From: Dimorphilus gyrociliatus
Taxonomy: Eukaryota > Animalia > Annelida
DNA length: 64,000 nt
Direction of reading: 5' to 3'
NCBI GenBank assembly: GCA_904063045.1
Contig: CAJFCJ010000007.1
Coordinates: 1,508,873-1,572,872, forward strand
The stretch's first letter is position 1, and every line of letters starts with the position of its first letter. This document shows positions 61,910-64,000 of this stretch, in pieces. Below the pieces are notes generated by a model that worked only from the letters and a program-made list of their open reading frames with translations, was not told where the DNA came from and did not search any database. The position numbers were made by a program, and so were the translations under genes.

Positions 61910-63058
61910 ATGGACGAACGAAAAAAAAGGTGTACTTATAAAGCTAATTTATTAAAGAAATATGGTGAAGAACAACAAACCTTACAAGCTGAAGTTGATC
62001 TGCATCAGAGACTAAAAACTATAAAAAAGGAGCACACGAGAAGGAAGAATGATCAAACTGAAAGAAGTTCGAAAATGTCTAGAGAAAATGCAGTGAAACT
62101 TATGCAAAAATACGAAAGAGAGGCTAAACAAGGTACTTAAATGAAATAAAACCAAGCAAAACCTAAACAAGTGATGTGAAATTAGCATTTATTTTAAGAA
62201 CTATCATTACCACTGTCAGTAACTTTATTAAACATTACTTAGCAAAAGAAAAGCTTAGGAAACTGGAGGAGAAGAATAAATGTTCGGGTTCAGGAAAAAA
62301 TGAAAATGAAGAAGTCAAAACTGAAAAGAATGAGACGAAAACAAAGGGAGTTTCCGAAGAAGAATTAAAGGAACATATCTACCGAATTGTTAAAGAAAAA
62401 TCTGTGAAAAGTTTAAATGCCCCCTTCTCAATGACAGATATAATAAGACAAAATCACAATCTACAAAAGGACAATGCTGAAATGAAGAAGGAGTTAGAAA
62501 ATTTAAAGCGAGAAAATAGCAAGTTAATTAGCGATGCCGTGAAGTACCGCAAACAAAGTGATGCTGCTATGGTAAATCGTTTATTATATTTTACGATATT
62601 TAAGAGAATTTTTGTAAGAATTGATGAAACTTCTAACATCTTAGACTCAAGTAGGAGCTTCGGAAGATCAAAGAAAAAAGCTGATGGACAGGCTAAGAAA
62701 AGAAAAAGAATTGGTGAGCTTACTTGACAATTTTATTGCAAGCTATGACGTTATTTTTTTATTCATTATTTTAGAACAAGCAATTATATTCAGCTTTCAC
62801 AAAGAAATCTGCGGACTGGATTGAACATAACAAACAAATGAAGAGGGTGTATGACGAATTGAAATTAGCTTCCGTACGTAAAGATAATTAACAAATGTAT
62901 TATATACTGTACAACATATTAATTTTATAAATTAGATGTCACCTGTATCTGTAGTTGGTGCTGAAGAAAGGTTGTACTCTCAACCTGTGAAGAAGAACAC
63001 TGACTATCCAAGAACTATGTTTCCTGTTGAAAAATATGACAGAGCTAACGTTGACTGA
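61910..63058 (+). CDS. Uncharacterised coiled-coil protein; ~5 exons
   Basis: GT-AG joins give a continuous E/K-rich frame (MDERKKRCTY...AKQ|AKEKLRKL...DAAM|TQVGASEDQRKKL...KEL|NKQLYSAF...LAS|MSPVSVV...RANVD*). Confidence 0.7.
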
Positions 63059-63193
63059 TAATTCATATATCTTAATAATCTTATAAAAATTAAATTAAAG
63101 TATTTTATATTACATCAAAATCTCAGTTTGTATCCTATTTTTTTTCAATAAGGTTAGTTAACTTTAATAATTCTTCTCATTTGAATGAAAAAT

Positions 63194-63799
63194 TTAGATA
63201 GTTTTCTGAGCTGTGCAAATTACGTTAGCAATGACATCTGCGGGAAAAGTATAACATTTTTCTAGTACATGTTAAAATATTTTTTTTTTTATTCTTACAA
63301 ACCCATACTATATTCTCGAATGTCATTAAGGTACTTATCTACTTCCCCTTCCTTCTTGTATCTTTTATATGGCTGAAAGTAATTCTTGTTATGTCTAATT
63401 TCATAAAATTAAAAGTCATTTTACTGTTAAATTTTTCGATTCTTTTGAATGATAAGGATTTTGTAAATCTAATTTATCATCCGTAGAAAAGTTTGCGTTC
63501 ACATTACCCACAGTGGATTCAGTAGTAGCTCTGAGTGCTTCCTCTTAAAATTATTTTAATAATTTAATTCAATAAGAATACTAAGCAAGTAAAGAAGGGA
63601 AAATACCAATTTTAATTTGAGATTGGAAATACTCTGCTGAAAATTTATAGATGTCTTTTGGTTGATTTTTAAGAACGGCATATGATAAATTTTTGAGAAT
63701 ATTACTAAAATTCTCAGGTACTTTTATTGATCTATCCCGATTGTTCAATAGAGAATGGTTTACAGGACATTTACGACGGTCAAAATTGTTTAAAGACAT
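63194..63799 (-). CDS. RIIa (PKA-RII dimerisation/docking) domain protein, SPA17/ROPN-like; ~4 exons, 3' exon uncertain
   Basis: SIKVPENFSNILKNLSYAVLKNQPKDIYKFSAEYF matches the RIIa pattern (SPA17 RIPQGFGNLLEGLTREILREQPDNIPAFAAAYF). Downstream exons join in frame. Confidence 0.75.
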
Positions 63800-64000
63800 A
63801 GTATTTACTATATATAGAGTAAATTATATTGGGAAACATTTGAAAGCAATAAATGATGTCAGAAATATGCATATGATACAAATTATGTAGGGAATAATAT
63901 CATGTCTAGAAGCTATTGAGGAATTGTGAAATTCAAAACTCTATAAATACTAACTATATCAAGGATATAGAATTAATATATTACAAAACTAGAATTGCTT

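Overview
Eukaryotic (animal) genomic DNA: AT-rich and very gene-dense. About 25 protein-coding genes lie in 64 kb, most GT-AG introns are ~50-65 nt, and several stop-to-start or stop-to-stop gaps are only 50-250 bp. The gene content (USP, CPOX, NELL, DEPDC7, ODF3, TCP11, a non-canonical ITPR-like channel) and the compaction fit a miniaturised lophotrochozoan genome such as the annelid Dimorphilus gyrociliatus; this is an inference, not a search result. Genes in order: SLC25A22-like (-), OXNAD1 (+), SLC6 glycine-type transporter (-), USP (+), CPOX (+), peptide GPCR (-), Diaphanous formin (-), B4GALT7 (+), mucin-stalk R3 receptor PTP (+), a 13.7-kb ITPR/RyR-family channel (-) with a six-domain pleiotrophin-like gene nested antisense in its largest intron, ODF3-a (+), NELL (-), ODF3-b (-), DEPDC7 (-), ARL14EP-like (+), TCP11 (+), orphan Zn-finger (+), DPF/d4 (+), stand-alone ePHD protein (+), 141-aa orphan (+), RRAS2-like (+), COPB1 (-), coiled-coil gene (+), RIIa-domain gene (-). 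I recognised no tRNA, rRNA, snRNA, CRISPR array or transposase. Main leads: (1) two cases where an intronless gene seems to sit inside the first intron of a same-strand neighbour and share its leader exon (USP/CPOX; ARL14EP/TCP11); (2) an ITPR-sized channel with a degenerate IP3-binding core, an altered Ca2+ site and a YGVIGD filter; (3) the nested multi-domain pleiotrophin close to a mucin-type RPTP and B4GALT7; (4) recurrent CTCF-like and RFX X-box-like motifs; (5) an apparent intron gain by tandem duplication in ODF3-b. Gene models were assembled by eye, so splice and start coordinates may be off by a few bases.
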